Positions 13,722 to 26,678 of a DNA stretch of 64,000 nt are shown here, in pieces. Numbering within the stretch: position 1 is the first letter of the stretch; every line of letters begins with the position of its first letter. The notes under the pieces were generated by a model that saw only the letters and a program-made list of their open reading frames with translations, was not told where the DNA came from and ran no database searches. Where the stretch lies: NCBI GenBank assembly GCA_002189035.1, contig CM007991.1:186001-250000 (forward strand), read 5' to 3'. Origin of the DNA: Utricularia gibba (taxonomy: Eukaryota > Plantae > Magnoliophyta). A program made the position numbers and the translations under genes.

Positions 13722-15109
13722 TGATGAGATTAATCGCGGGTAGATCTTCGGACATTTTGGTGCCCCGTAATATGCTTCTGTAAAGCTCCAAGCTTTGATG
13801 TAGTATCTGAATTGGTTCCTAGAGAACATACTCAACATGATGTAGAATTTCCTTGTTTGATGCTCTTGTTTCTCATTAGACTCTCAGTGCCGAGAGCACT
13901 GCTTCCGAGTGCTTGCTTGTGAACATGTTTCTCCTTTCCCTGTAGAATCATGAAGTGCTCAATTCCGTCTATTATGCTCTGAGCTTCTTCATTCATCTAT
14001 TTCTTTTAATGGGTTTTCATCAGATCTAAATCCCAAGCGCCGATCCAAAAGAAAAACTAAAAGAAAGAGGGATCAATTTTGTGAAGATTGACACAAAAAT
14101 ACACCTTTGAACAATTGATCATTCAAACGGCAAAGAGTCAAGATTTCATACACATCATGTTGGATGGCCAGATTTCTAAATGGCCCCAGCATCCACTCCC
14201 AAATGCAGTGACGCTGATGGCTTTTCAGTGGAGTCGACTCCAAAGACCGCATCTTTTTTAAAAAATTGATTGGTCAAAGTTCAATTGATGATATACAAGA
14301 GTATATACCACCCCTACAAAGGATCGTTTACTTGATCACTAGAAGTGCACCCAATTGGCAATTGCTGTCTGCATTGCGATCAGGGAATATAACTTGGTGG
14401 CCCATTAGTCTTTGTCTTTTATTTCGATCCGCACGAAGAGTTACGCCACTCTTGATTGGCAACTGGCGCTGTCTCTCGGTTCCAAACCCTTTTTTATGAT
14501 GTTTCCTTGCGTATCGTTTGATATAATCATTGATTTCCGCGAACCCTTTTCAAGGCTTTGATTTTTTCCGTTATGGAAGGTAGTTCCCTGACTCGCCTTT
14601 CCTGGGTTGTGTTATTATCTATCTGATCATCGTTCGTTTAAGCAGCGGTTGCTTGTCATGCTTAGTAGTATCAATGATCTCGATTAAGTTTTCAGAAAAG
14701 TTCTTACAGTTGAACATTGTAGTTTGAAACTTGGATTTTTGCTCTGAAATATGCGCAAACCCTTCTGATACGCTCATGTTTCTTTGAAAAAACGACGCCT
14801 TTGAGGAATTTATGGTGATGGTAAGGTGTTGGAAATAGGTCGATTGTTTTAAATCAAGGCGTGCATAGGATCAAGCATGCATGATAAAGTCTGTAATATG
14901 TTTTGTTTGGGTAGATTTTTGCTTCTGTTTCTACCCCAAAAAATTGATATAGAATTTGTAGGTTAAGTGGAAGGGAAACAGATTGATCGACTGTAACTCT
15001 GCACGTTCCTTTTTATTTAGAGCTGTTTTTTCCATATGGTATTCGATCTGGGTTGCTGTTTGGAAGTGTTTTTGAATAGTGAATGAACTTGTTTTTCAAT
15101 GAGAAGCAG

Positions 15110-16203
15110 ATAATCGAGAGGTTACTCAGGTGAAAGACGGGCCTTCATCTTATCAGCCTCCATTTCTGAAGCTCAACCGCCTGCAATGGTGGATCATGGT
15201 TGGTCTGAATATATTCTTTCTCATCGTTGGTCAAGCTGCAGCAGTTCTCCTCGGAAGATTCTATTATGCTCAGGGTGGGAAAAGTACGTGGATGGCCACT
15301 CTAGTTCAAACAGCTGCATTTCCGATCCTCATTGCGCCGTACCTTTTCTTTTCGTCTCCTGAAAAGCGCTCTGATTCATCTTTCCGGCCTTCAATTCTGC
15401 TGATATGTGCTGCTTACTTTGTCCTTGGAGCGATGGTTGCTGGGGATAACATGCTTTATTCCACCGGACTGCTGTATCTTTCAGCTTCGACGTACTCCCT
15501 AATCTGTGCTTCCCAGTTAGCCTTCAATGCGATCTTTTCCTTCTTCATCAACAAGCAGAAGTTCACCATCTTGATCCTCAACTCAGTGGTGATCCTCTCC
15601 TTATCCGCCACTCTCCTGGGACTCAACGAAGACTCAGATGCACCATCCGGCGTCTCGAGAAGCAAGTACTTCATCGGAATCATAACTACCCTCGCCGCAT
15701 CAGCTCTCTACTCCCTCATCCTCTCCCTTTTGCAGCTCACATTCGAAAAGATTCTCAAGAAGGAAACGTTTTCAGTCGTTCTAGAAATGCAGATCTTCAC
15801 CAGCATCGTCGCGACTAGCGTTGCCCTGATCGGACTCTTCGCAAGCGGGGAATGGCGCACGCTCCACGGCGAAATGAACACCTTCGCCTCAGGGAAAGTG
15901 TCTTACGTGATGACTCTGGTGTGGACAGCCATATCGTGGCAGGTCTGCGCCGTCGGCGTTGTGGGATTGATATACCTGCTGTCCTCCCTCTTCTCCAATG
16001 TCATCAGCACGCTGTCCCTGGGCGTCACTCCCATTGCTTCACTGGTTGTTTTCCATGACCCTACCCACGGAGTGAAGATCATCGCCATGCTGATGGCCTT
16101 TTGGGGCTTCGTCTCCTACATCTACCAGAGCTATCTTGATGACCGCAACCTACGACGGAGTCCAGCCCTAGATAGCGACCCGCACGCCGGCGATTTGATC
16201 TGA
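15110..16203 (+). CDS. Purine permease (PUP11-like), main coding exon; start codon probably in an upstream micro-exon (candidate ATGGAAG at 14573-14579)
   Basis: About 10 TM helices with PUP motifs LLGRFYYAQGGKSTWMATLVQTAAFP, YLSASTYSLICASQLAFNAIFS, LLQLTFEK and VSYIYQSYLDD. The long ORF starts at a GTG, so the true 5' end is inferred. Confidence 0.85.
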
Positions 16204-16841
16204 TCGCCTCCTTTTGAATTCGTGTGTTTCAATCATCGGATTCAATGGAAACTCGGTTTCACTAAATTTTATTAAAAATAAAAAAATAAAAAATATTATA
16301 TTTCAATAATTATTTTGTTTTTAATATTTTTAACAAGTATAATTAAAAAATCATAAATTTGATTTAATTTATTATAAAAAGTATTCAATTCAAACGAAAG
16401 AATTAATTGAAATACAACTGTGCCCACGGAATTAACATATTTACTTTTTACAAAAATAAATGACATAACAATGAATTATCCAGCTCATTCTTTTTATTTA
16501 AAGTGTTTAAATGCGGAGCTGGGGGTAAATTTATGAATGGGTAGAGGGGGGCAGCCCGCGCAATTCCTTCGGGCAGTAATTTATTACATAATACCCGATC
16601 TTTGCTATTGCTTCTGCTAAACCATTTAAGTAAGTATCATGGTCCTAATCATAAACTGGTGTAGACTGTTAATATTTAATTATGTGACAAATGATTTTTT
16701 TACAGTAAGTCTACTAGATAGGCCTGTATGGATTATTAATCACAGGTTATGATAACAGTGCATTGGATATGTAAATAAATTTTTTAAAAAAATGAAAGGG
16801 TAGAAGGGTAAATGGGAAAATAATCTTCCAGGAAACGAGAA

Positions 16842-17767
16842 TCAGTTATCCGCGTGGTACTTGGTGTTCCTCCCAAAATCTGCCAGTTTCCGAGACCTGT
16901 TCCTGCAAAACGTCGTCGCAGAGGAGAACCGCGGCCGGGATTCGCAGCCAGCGCCGGTATCGGACGATGGTCCCTTGTGATTCCTTGGGCGGCCGGGGCT
17001 AGGCCGGATTAGAGGGCTCAGGAAGAGGGAAATGTCGGCTACGTTTACTGGAGTCTTCCCACCATCACGGCGACGGTCTGCGGCCGTCCTCCGTTGCATG
17101 TGCACCCAATGCTCGTTATCTTCCTCGTTGGAATTTCTGGCTGGAGACATTCCGCGGTGGCGATGCTGATTAGGTTCTCTTCTCGCCGTAATCGGCCTCT
17201 GGTCCGCTGAAAATGTTCGCCTATGTTTCTTCTTCACTCCTCTGGCAAACCACGACGGCGAAGGCGCCGCAACTTGAGGTAAATCTGATATCCGATTTGG
17301 ATCCTGATCTACTTTGTCCGATCTTAATCTGAAGAAAATCCGCAAAATCAGCGAAGACAGTTTCGATTTCACACCTTTCTTTTTCTCCTCCCTGACTTAG
17401 TCTCCATTGCCGCCATAGCCCCCTCACCTCCTCCTACCTGCGGAGTACTAAAAAACCTCTGATGATACCGCCGCCGCCGCCCCTCCGAATCGTAATGCGA
17501 GACGGAGATCGGAAAATACGAGCACTCCTCATTCTCCGCGTCCATCCTATCCCCGCCAATTTCCTCCGCCTGCGCCACCATCACCGAAAAAAGGCGCCCA
17601 CGCAGACACGAAGCACAGACGCCGATCTCGCTGTTCGAATCGCCTGGGTGCTTCTCGCACCTCATTCGAAAATCAGAGTAATGGCGATGATTTCCTTGTA
17701 CAGATGATCGTAGATCTCCTTCACCGTAATCGCGATCATGGATTGAACCGGAGAATCGCGACGACAT
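16842..17767 (-). CDS. Plant uncharacterised protein (At2g44600/At3g60200-like), single exon, split by a 1-nt frameshift at 17380-17384
   Basis: N-terminal CEKHP...GVCASCLRGRLF and RFFSTPQV, C-terminal RGMSP, ISLFLSPLIRPSP and FCRNRSRKLADFGR. The two ORFs fuse when one A is added to an A5 run. An alternative conserved start is the ATG at 17665 (MRCEKH). Confidence 0.7.
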
Positions 17768-19313
17768 ATTGCTTTGGCGTTCGTCTTCTTCTTCTTCTTC
17801 CTTTTCCACGCTTCAGGTTTCAGAAACCGCAACAAGAAGACTGGGTAGCAGAGATTGTTTCGGCGTCTGACTGCGGAACTCGTTATTTATTGGACCAATT
17901 ATAATAGCTTCCATTCCACACCATTATTTAATAACATAAATATATATACACACATCTTTCCATATTTTTTTAAATAATTAATTGTAAAGTGAAAATTAGA
18001 CATAGAAAATAATAAAAGGCTGCAGTAATGAAATCATTAGCATGTTCATGTCCCACATGTTGTCTTCCCAATCAGCATGCTAAACATCAACCCACGCAGG
18101 CACATTTTCAAGTTTTTAGTAGTCATAATCCACCAGATAATCAGTAATTATTAAATACTAATTACCAATTATTTAGTATTTAATGCAATAAAAAATGATT
18201 AGAAAAGTCACGTTTTTTTTTTGTGCATGGGGACACCGGTAACCCTTCTGGAACTCGGTGGTTTATGCGATGCGTTCATCTCCCAGCTGCCCCCTAAATG
18301 CCAATAGGAAAAGTCCCCTTTTTCCATGTGACGTGACAGATAGATGCATTTCAATTTTTCAAATACATAATAAATTTGTTTTTTTCTTCTTTTTCTAATT
18401 TCTGTAGGAGCGAGAAAGGAGATTAATTTTCATATTGAATAAATCATTAAATTAAATTTCATTTTCCGTGGGATACGGGTGTTGGTTTGGAAGTGGTCCG
18501 TCCCTTGAGTTAAGAAGCCACGACATGATTTTTGCGCAGTAGGAGCCTAGAGTTGGAGCATTTGTTATAAGTAGCATCGATAATGGATCATGGAGACCTT
18601 CATAACGATGTGGCCGGGGGCGACCACCTAATCAATTCCTCAGTTCAAGAAAAAGTGTAAGTTTCCTATATATTTTTCTATTGTATTATCATTTTAAAGA
18701 ATGATAATGTAAAAAACATACATAAAATAAATATTTTTTATTTACACATAATTTAAATTCTTATTTTTTTAAAAAAATACACAGCTATATGATCTCGTTC
18801 TTATTCTTAATAAAATGAGAATGTATAATGAAGTAAGTGTACGCAACATTTCTTAAGAGTGTGTTTGAAATCATTTCTACAAAAAATATTTTATAAAATA
18901 GTTTTATTATTAAAAAAAAACAATGATTTCTATTTCAAAATAAATAGAAATATAAAATTGATTATTATTTAAAAAAAACAATAAAAAATATTTTTTAAAA
19001 ATCAAAACTAAATTTTTTGCGTCCGGTGCGGAGATGAAGTCAATTATCGCAGCAGTGCGCACGAATTTGATCACCTAACCATTTGAAAATTTATAGAAGG
19101 CACATGATTTATTTTCACGATTTTTTTATTAAATAAATGGTATTTTTTTTATTTGGGAAATGGGCCTTTATCATCCGATTCTAGGTACTGACTATGTGGA
19201 CTGGAAATATTTTGTATTGGGCCGGGTCGGTTCCATGGCTCGCTAAGCGAGTTTCTTGGCTCTTCCTTTCATTCGACTGCTCCGCGCTTCTTCGAATCTG
19301 TACTCTGTGGAGG

Positions 19314-22300
19314 ATGAAAGGCGCATGGAGCTTACTCCATCAATGGCAACTACCCGTGGGATTTGTTGCTAGAAGAAGTTGCAAGTTTCCGGCAGGTGAT
19401 CGGCTCTCTCTATGTCTCTATCTTCTTTTTTTTTTTTTTTTTAATCTTTCGTTTTATCGTTTCCCCCTTACTCTCTATGGTTCCCGACTGGGTTCTGCAG
19501 ATTCCGTAGAATCGAAGTATGTGGGCAAGAATTTGAAATTCTGCGCGCAAATGCAAACGGTAGCGTATGAAATCGTGAAGGGTAGCTATATGCCTGCGGG
19601 TGATAATCAAGAAAATACCAAAGTGAAGGTACTTTTAATCGGGGATATGGAGAGTTAGTGCGGATCACATTTTTGTTTTTTCTTTTCTTTTTCATGTAAC
19701 GTGTTAAGCCCAATGCCGGTTGAGGTGAAGACTGGTTTTCAGAAGAACGAGTGCAGTAATATATTTCTTATTTCAGGAAAAAGAAACATTGAACGTGGAA
19801 ACCGTTGGGGCGTTTCAAAAGCTTCCTATGGTGATGCCGTCTATTGATATCTTAAATTCTTCACTGCGCAAGGCAAGGAAGGTGGCGCCTACGAAGGGTA
19901 ATTCTTTTTTTTATATCTTTAATGTTTTCTTGGATTTGCTGCATTTTCCACCGGCAGACGTTGTTGTCGCTGATGAGACTTCAACTTTCATCATGTTTGA
20001 CTTTTTCTAGTCATACCCACTGAGTTAAATAGGCATCTTGATTCTTATATCTGGACTGAAAGTTTTATGCATTGGTTGTTTGACAGGCATTGCGAATGCT
20101 GCAAAACGTGAAAAGAATCGAGGTGCTAAGCAACTTGACATGTTAATGAAGGTAATTTGATTTCCGTCGCTGTGTTTTATGTGTTCCTTTCGCATGTTAA
20201 TGACTATATTACCATGCCTTTTTCTTTGTCAGGAGCTTGCGGTTAAGTTGAGGACATATACAGAGAACTTCCCGAGCAAAAAAAGCTTGCACCCTTATGA
20301 ACGGTCCCTTGTTGAGTTGACTCTTGGAGATGGAAACTACGAGGAGGTACAAGTCGGTTTTTTCTTTTTAAATCCCATAGGCCTATTTTCTCCCGAATTT
20401 GCATTGGCTAGGGCTACTGCAACTATTGCATGCATGAGGTATATAAGCTAGTATTTGGGTTCTGAGCAATAGAAAGTATGATTAACATTAATCCTCCTTT
20501 TTTCAGTGTTTTAAACTGGAGTTTCCTTGAGACATTATTATTTGATATTTCCCCACATGTAATGTCAAACGCTGTTTCCTTGTCCCAACCCGTTTCTTGA
20601 CTCCTGAATTCATTTCATGTTGGATTTTCCACTTATAGGTATTGTCCAGAGTTGACACCTTACGGAAGAAAGTGGTATCAATAGGAAAAGAACATGCCTC
20701 CTTTTGTGCTAAGGTTGCAACCGATTCTTGACGTGCCTCATTGTCAGCTCTTGATGTCCTCTTCATCCATGCATGAAATTGGCTAAATGCATTTCTAGTA
20801 CATGTCCGTAGGTGAAAAAGAACGTCTTCTTAGCAGTTTCATGCTGGACATTTTTCTTTCATTAATTGACATGGAACATTGCTGGTCTTTTGATCCCGCA
20901 TATACTTAATTTTGTATGCCTCCTAACATATCTCTGCGAATAGATTAATTCTAAAGTTCTTTTAGTGAGCTTTGGCAGTCGCTGTCAAAACGGGAAGCTG
21001 AGCAGCGGTTGACTGAGGTTAGCATAACTATTTAATATTTGTTATTCAATAATGTGCGTTGAATCAAGTTCATCCTTGTCCAGTGTTAGAGCAAGAAAAT
21101 TGAACTCCATGGGTTGGCTAGAGTACTCAAGTTTTTAAAAGTTCATTTTTTGTCCATCTTGCCTGCAGGGGATGAACAAGATTGAAGAAGTATTCAGCCT
21201 CGAAGGAAAGGTTGTAGATGATTTATTGAATATTGCAAAGGTAATACTAACACTCTGGGCTCAACGTATGGTGTGTAAGTGACTGCTTCATATGCTCTTG
21301 TGTTTTACTCTGGATAGGTAATTACTAGTAGGTTTGGGCGGTGATGCTATGACAAAGATGACTTGAAAAAATTTCAAATTTATTTAAGTTGTTCACAGTT
21401 CAAGACAGTTGTTTCTTGTGCACATTTCTTTGGCTCGGGGGAAACTGCAAGTAAATACGAATCTTAATGTGTATTTGTTGCTTCCTGTGGTAGACTTTGC
21501 GGGCAATGCCTGTGGTTGATCTGGAGACGCCCACCCTGTGTCTTGTTGGTGCCCCAAATGTAGGAAAGTCGTCATTAGTGCGGCTGTTGTCAACAGGAAA
21601 GCCCGAGGTTGGCACCCCATTTTTTTGTACCTATGATCGTGTGCATGTTCTCTTATTTTGTGTGCTAGTACTGCCTTTTTCTCAATGCAAAAGTCTCATT
21701 TTTTTCACTGCCCAGTTGATGCAATTTTTTCTCCCTGTTACTCAGATATGCAATTATCCATTTACAACTCGGGAATTTTGATGGGTCATATATCCCTGAG
21801 CTACCAGAATTTTCAGGTTAGGGTTTTTTTTTTAAGCTGGATTCATCTCATTGCTTCTTTTTTGCTTATCCTGTAGAGCAGTAATTTCTCTACAGGTTAC
21901 TGATACTCCTGGCTTATTACGAAGACATGATGGTAATTCTTTTACTTTTGGGCTTATCAAGTTATCTGGTTTATGATGCGTAACACAACAATAGAAAACG
22001 TGTTTGAAACTTCAACTGCATAACACAGCTAGTTTCATTAAGGTTGATTTTTGGTACAATATTCAAAATTTCATATATTCTTTCTTTGCCTGTTGTGTTG
22101 AGAGCTTTGAATTTTGAGGTTTCATTGATAATCTTTCTAAAGAAGGCTGCTCCTCTGCAGATGATAGGAATAACTTAGAAAAGCTGACTCTCGCTGTTCT
22201 CGCGCATTTGCCTACAGCAGTACTTTATGTGCATGACATCTCTGGCCATTGCGGCACCTCACCTTCAGATCAGGTTTCAAAATATGCCTTTGCAGATTTG

Positions 22301-22801
22301 TTTTTGTTGAGATGCAATGTTTTCTAAATGTAATCTAGTTAGCTTTCTTTTATTCTGTATGTGCTAAGCATCTCAATCCTTGTGTATATCAGTTCATTAT
22401 ATACAAGGAAATAAAGGAGAGGTTTGGTCACCATCTTTGGCTCGACGTGGTGTCTAAATGTGACCTACTCAGCGATCGTCCTGTGGTTTTTGTAACCGAG
22501 GATGGTGATTCAGACACCGCTGAGCTAGCCAAGTATCGAAAGATGGGACCTGAAGGAGCAATACACGTATCAGTCGCAGGTGAAATTGGCATCAATGAGG
22601 TACTTTCCTTATCAGATATGCTTTCGGCCACATGGTTAAAATCAATGTGTGCCTGTTCTGAAACTTAGCATCCTCTATACTTTTCATGGGTCTGATTAGT
22701 TGTTACCTCCTTTCCAGTTGAAGACCAAAGTGCATGAACTTCTAGTCACGCAGTCATCCAGACTTGAAAAGGGCAAAAACCAAGAAGAAACTATGAAATG
22801 A
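19314..22801 (+). CDS. PDE318: Plastid NOG1-like GTP-binding protein (PDE318/At1g80770-like), multi-exon, 1-nt frameshift at 21771-21773
   Basis: NOG1 N-terminal helices (LHPYERSLVELTLG), G1 VGAPNVGKSS, G2 NYPFTT, G3 DTPG and G4 SKCD. All junctions are canonical GT-AG and in phase apart from the missing G in TTR[G]ILMGH. Confidence 0.85.
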
Positions 22802-22932
22802 CCAGCATATAAAGAAGAGGTAACGACTTTTGTTGCATTTTAGTAGAATTTGCAACCTTGAAGATGGATGTTTTGAGTTTTCCGAAATCTCGATTATGCC
22901 AACATCATGTAATATGGTTCTGATTGCAATAA

Positions 22933-23571
22933 TCACACAAAGATGATACCATTCTCCTGAATGGTGTCAAGAATGATTGCTAGTCTACCTTCAACTCTTT
23001 CATCCTTCTTGAGTTCATAGGCCACAGCATAAACATCAGCTTCTTTTGATCTTTCAGCAATCAGCTTCCCGATAACTCTGCACGCGTTGTCGTCTGTTAG
23101 AGAAGGCAAAGCATTCCTCAGGTCCTTGGCGTTCGTTGTGGCAACTGATACCACTTTGCTCGTCCCCCTATGCATCACCTTGGCATGAATGAATCGCTTG
23201 GAGAAGAACACATTCAGCAGAAATGGCCTCATGTACATATCTGTCTTCTGTTTCCATGACTTCCTGTTCGGCTTCTTAGCGGCTTCGCTGCTCGACCGGC
23301 GTGTCCATGCCGCGTGAACATGGAAGACCTTCTGAAACGCTTACAGTGCAATATGATGCAGAACCAACATCAGTTTTCACTCCTGCGATTGACAAACCGC
23401 GCGGAACTGAAGCAATAGATATACCTGGTTCAAAATGGGCAACGAAACCGAAACGGCAGCGTGAGATTTGATGGATGGATTTGAAGAAGTCCATGCTAGG
23501 CTACTACTTCGATTTCTCTGAAGGAGCGCCGACGTCAGAGAGACCGGTGCGCATATTCCGGCGGCAGCCAT
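22933..23571 (-). CDS. Plastid-targeted ribosomal L18p/L5e (uL18-like) family protein (At1g14205-like), 2 exons, 181 aa
   Basis: Exons 23571-23425 and 23331-22933. Ser-rich transit peptide, then AAWTRRSSSEAAKKPNRKSWKQKTDMYMRPFLLNVFFSKRFIHAKVMHRGTSKV...IAERSKEADV. Confidence 0.85.
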
Positions 23572-23827
23572 TTTCCCCTAAGATAATGTAAGCAAACTGT
23601 CAATCAAAGAAGCTGGCCACTTGGACCTGAAGACGACTGCAATACGCCCGTGGAAACTGAAAATCCTAGGAATTCGATTCTAAGCTCCAAGCGAAGCAGA
23701 AAAAAATTCGAAGTCAGATCAACGAGAAGAGTAATAGCAAGAAGAAGAATCGCACCAGCGCTGGTTGTTCGCAGGATTTTGCTGTTCCCACTTCCAACTC
23801 GCTGAGAGGAAGAAGATGACGCTGATA

Positions 23828-24056
23828 TGGGCCTAACCACAAAAGTAGAAGCCCATAAAAATGGTTTCATGCTGACTTGGATTTGGGTCTAACATTAATA
23901 ACCCAATCGATTTGGATTTCACACGGGCTTCATTACACATGGGCCTTTGGTCCAATACTCGATATACGGGCCTTTAGACAAGTTTGGAAGCCCATAGGAT
24001 TGCCGCGTAAATGGGCCCCAGTCTGTTGGCGCAATCACCGGTTTATGTGGAGCCCA
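23828..24056. promoter_or_regulatory. Cluster of six site II (TGGGCY) elements upstream of the uL18-like gene
   Basis: TGGGCC at 23828, 23940 and 24012; AGCCCA at 23850, 23989 and 24051. Site II clusters are typical of plant translation and organelle-biogenesis promoters. Confidence 0.55.
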
Positions 24057-24250
24057 TGAGTTGCCCGGTAAATGACCGGTTTTGAAATGCTCTCGGTTTA
24101 AGACTTCCGAGGCAGCTCCTGACTCTACAATTCACTATCATCACCTTTACAATGAATAAGAAGAGAAAAAAGGATCAGAGAAGTGTAGCCACCTTATGAC
24201 ATGTATAGCCTTCTCTTCGTTTCGTCGCACCCCCTTCCTCTGAAACGAAA

Positions 24251-26002
24251 CTACCCCGAAAATTTTCGGTTCTTTCTTCCAGCAGCTTTTCTTCTTCCCC
24301 TCTTCCTCCGGCTGCCTGATGGGGCTGGGAGCCTTGACGAGCGCAACTTTTGAGATTGTTGCCTGCTTCTTGGTTTCACTGGTTCTTCGACCTGAGGGCC
24401 TGAATGCCCGTGATTACTCCTCGAATCATCCGGCTCTTCTTTTATCCTTATTGGCGTATCCGTAGCACCCCATCTCCAACCTGCGTTCAAAAATTATGAA
24501 ATGAAACAAGGAAGAGAGGAAATACAGCGTAATACAGGGACCGTAACTCACCCTTCTGGATACACCAGTGAACCGTGGATGGCCAGTATTATCCATGCCA
24601 TCAGGGGCTGTATCTCCAAGACTTAAACTGTTCTCTGGCTCGGTGGTATGTTCCTTTCTGTCTCCTGTGTTGGGAGTAGATGTACTACTTGGCATGGAGA
24701 AACTGAAGTCGTCAAGGCAGGCGAAGATCCCAGCATTCTGGCTCATCACCTTGTCGAGTTTGCTCTTTAAATTGGAAACATGTGACTGCAATGAGAAGAT
24801 CTTCCAGAGCAGGTGTTCGGAAGAATTATCAGGATCTTCAGCAGATAATATTTCATCTTCCAACCCAAACTCAATGTCGGCATCTGCTATTTGAGTAGCT
24901 TTTCCTGAGTAATCAAAAGAAATGACATAATTGGCAGAAATGAGACATAGAACAGTAAACCCTCCATCCACGCAACAACTGAGATAATGAAAAAAATGCC
25001 AGTGCTTACCCAGGTTCCTCATCTCATTACGTTTGAAAACACCATCAACTGGAACCTTCCTACTCTCTGCAATGATTCACATCTCCAAATATAAATCAAG
25101 AAAGGAAACTATAGTAGAATTTTCAGTAAAATAAGCAAAAAATGAGATATTACCATAACAAGCAAACAGTTTATGTTGTGACATATAATCCGCCAAATTT
25201 GTTGTCTCTTCAACCCTTCTTCTTCTCTTTCTTTTAAGGATATCACTCCTGCAGTTTACCTGGGAAAAGGGAACTGACTTGACACCATCTATCAGAACAG
25301 AATCATCGATTGCGGTTCTTCTCCTTTTCTTGTATGCTTGAAGCTTTTTTTCATATATTTCAGATTGCGAATCCAGCTTCTTAATTTGCAATTCAAGCCA
25401 TTTACACCTCCAAATTAGAGGCTGAATATACGATCTCCAGTGCTCCGTCAGCTTCTTCCTCCTTCAGGGCACAAGGAAGATCCGCAATTAGATACAAGTC
25501 AAAGCACATCTTATTTCAAAATAAAGTTGAGATGTACTATAATTCACTACTATACAATAAGTTAGCTGATCAAAAAAATTAATTGCAAGAAAGAATGCAT
25601 CCTTGGAAAGAGAAACTACCTCGAAGAAAAACTCTCATGAAAACTATCAAAATTCTGAGTAGTGGATGAGTTATCTTGAAACAACGACAATGCTTCCGAG
25701 TCAGCCAGGGTTGCATCATTCTCCTCACCAAAATCAGAGTCATCAAAAGAACTCGAGCTTTCAGTTGCATCCTGGTGTTTTGCTGCCGTTGGCTCAAAGC
25801 GAACAGATTTCGTGCATTCTATAATGTTCACCTCTGTGTCATTAAAAGTTTGAATCTCCTCAGTCTTTTTCTCAACTGCTTGAGATTTTTCAACCGAACG
25901 CACTTCTGCTTTGTTCTGCTCATCCTTCCTTGTATATTTCATGAGCTCATCTTCAAGTTCTTTCGCGAAAATCTCATTGGCATTGTAAGCTGAACCTGCC
26001 AT
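24251..26002 (-). CDS. Plant uncharacterised nuclear protein (At3g59670/At4g37440-like), 4 coding exons, probable 1-nt frameshift at 24468-24471
   Basis: Conserved RRKKLTEHWRSYIQPLIWRCKWLELQIKKL, then KRKRRRRVEETTNLADYMSQHKLFACY, LLWKIFSLQSHVSNLK and a basic C-terminus RRKRGRRK. A 5' UTR exon lies near 26405-26480. Confidence 0.72.
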
Positions 26003-26678
26003 GTGTCTTGAATTCTTGTGTGGGCAACAGCAGACATAAAAAATAATCAGCACAAATTTGATCAAATAAACAACAACAGCACATATTTGATCTACCCACT
26101 ATTTATAAAAGTTAGGAAACACAATACGCGCGTTTCCCTAAATCCTGATCCCTTTCCCTACCTCATTCCTTAGCAAATCATGGGACTTATCTTTCAGAAA
26201 ATACAAAAAAAAAAGGCGTCGACAATGCCTTGGCTTGCACTATCGCATAATATGATAATAAATGAATAAAAAAACCCTATTCATTTCACTCTGTAGAAGA
26301 ACAGGCGAATCATTGCACAAATTGCAGTGCATAAAAGGAATTCGCGCACACAGGAAAAAAATTCACTAGAATTGAGAGAAAATTAAACCATGACGCTGGT
26401 ATACCTGGGAACCGCCGGCGGCGACAACGTGTTCTCAAGAAAATGAGGGACGGAGGAACGCGAGACGACGAAGAAAATAATTGTTTTGGCCCAAAACGTT
26501 TTTAGCTAATGCCGCTTACGTAAAACTTATGGGCCTCAACGTTACCCACGGGCCCAAACCATGTTTTTAATATTTTCTTCTTTTTTTAAAATATTTTAGT
26601 GATTTTATTGCAGAGAAGTGATCCTTTCGCCTTCCAAGTTCCAACTATTCTTGTTCTGGTTTCAAGAATTTGCGGGAT

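Noticed and set aside
14229-14242. Perfect 14-bp palindrome TGGAGTCGACTCCA upstream of the purine permease
   Set aside because: About four such palindromes are expected by chance in 64 kb (64000/4^7).
18840-19020. AT-rich segment starting GTGTTTGA that could be a MITE
   Set aside because: No matching terminal inverted repeat, TSD or second copy in the window.
23604-23870. 88-aa minus-strand ORF upstream of the uL18-like gene
   Set aside because: Lies over the probable 5' UTR and intron of that gene and has no recognisable homology.
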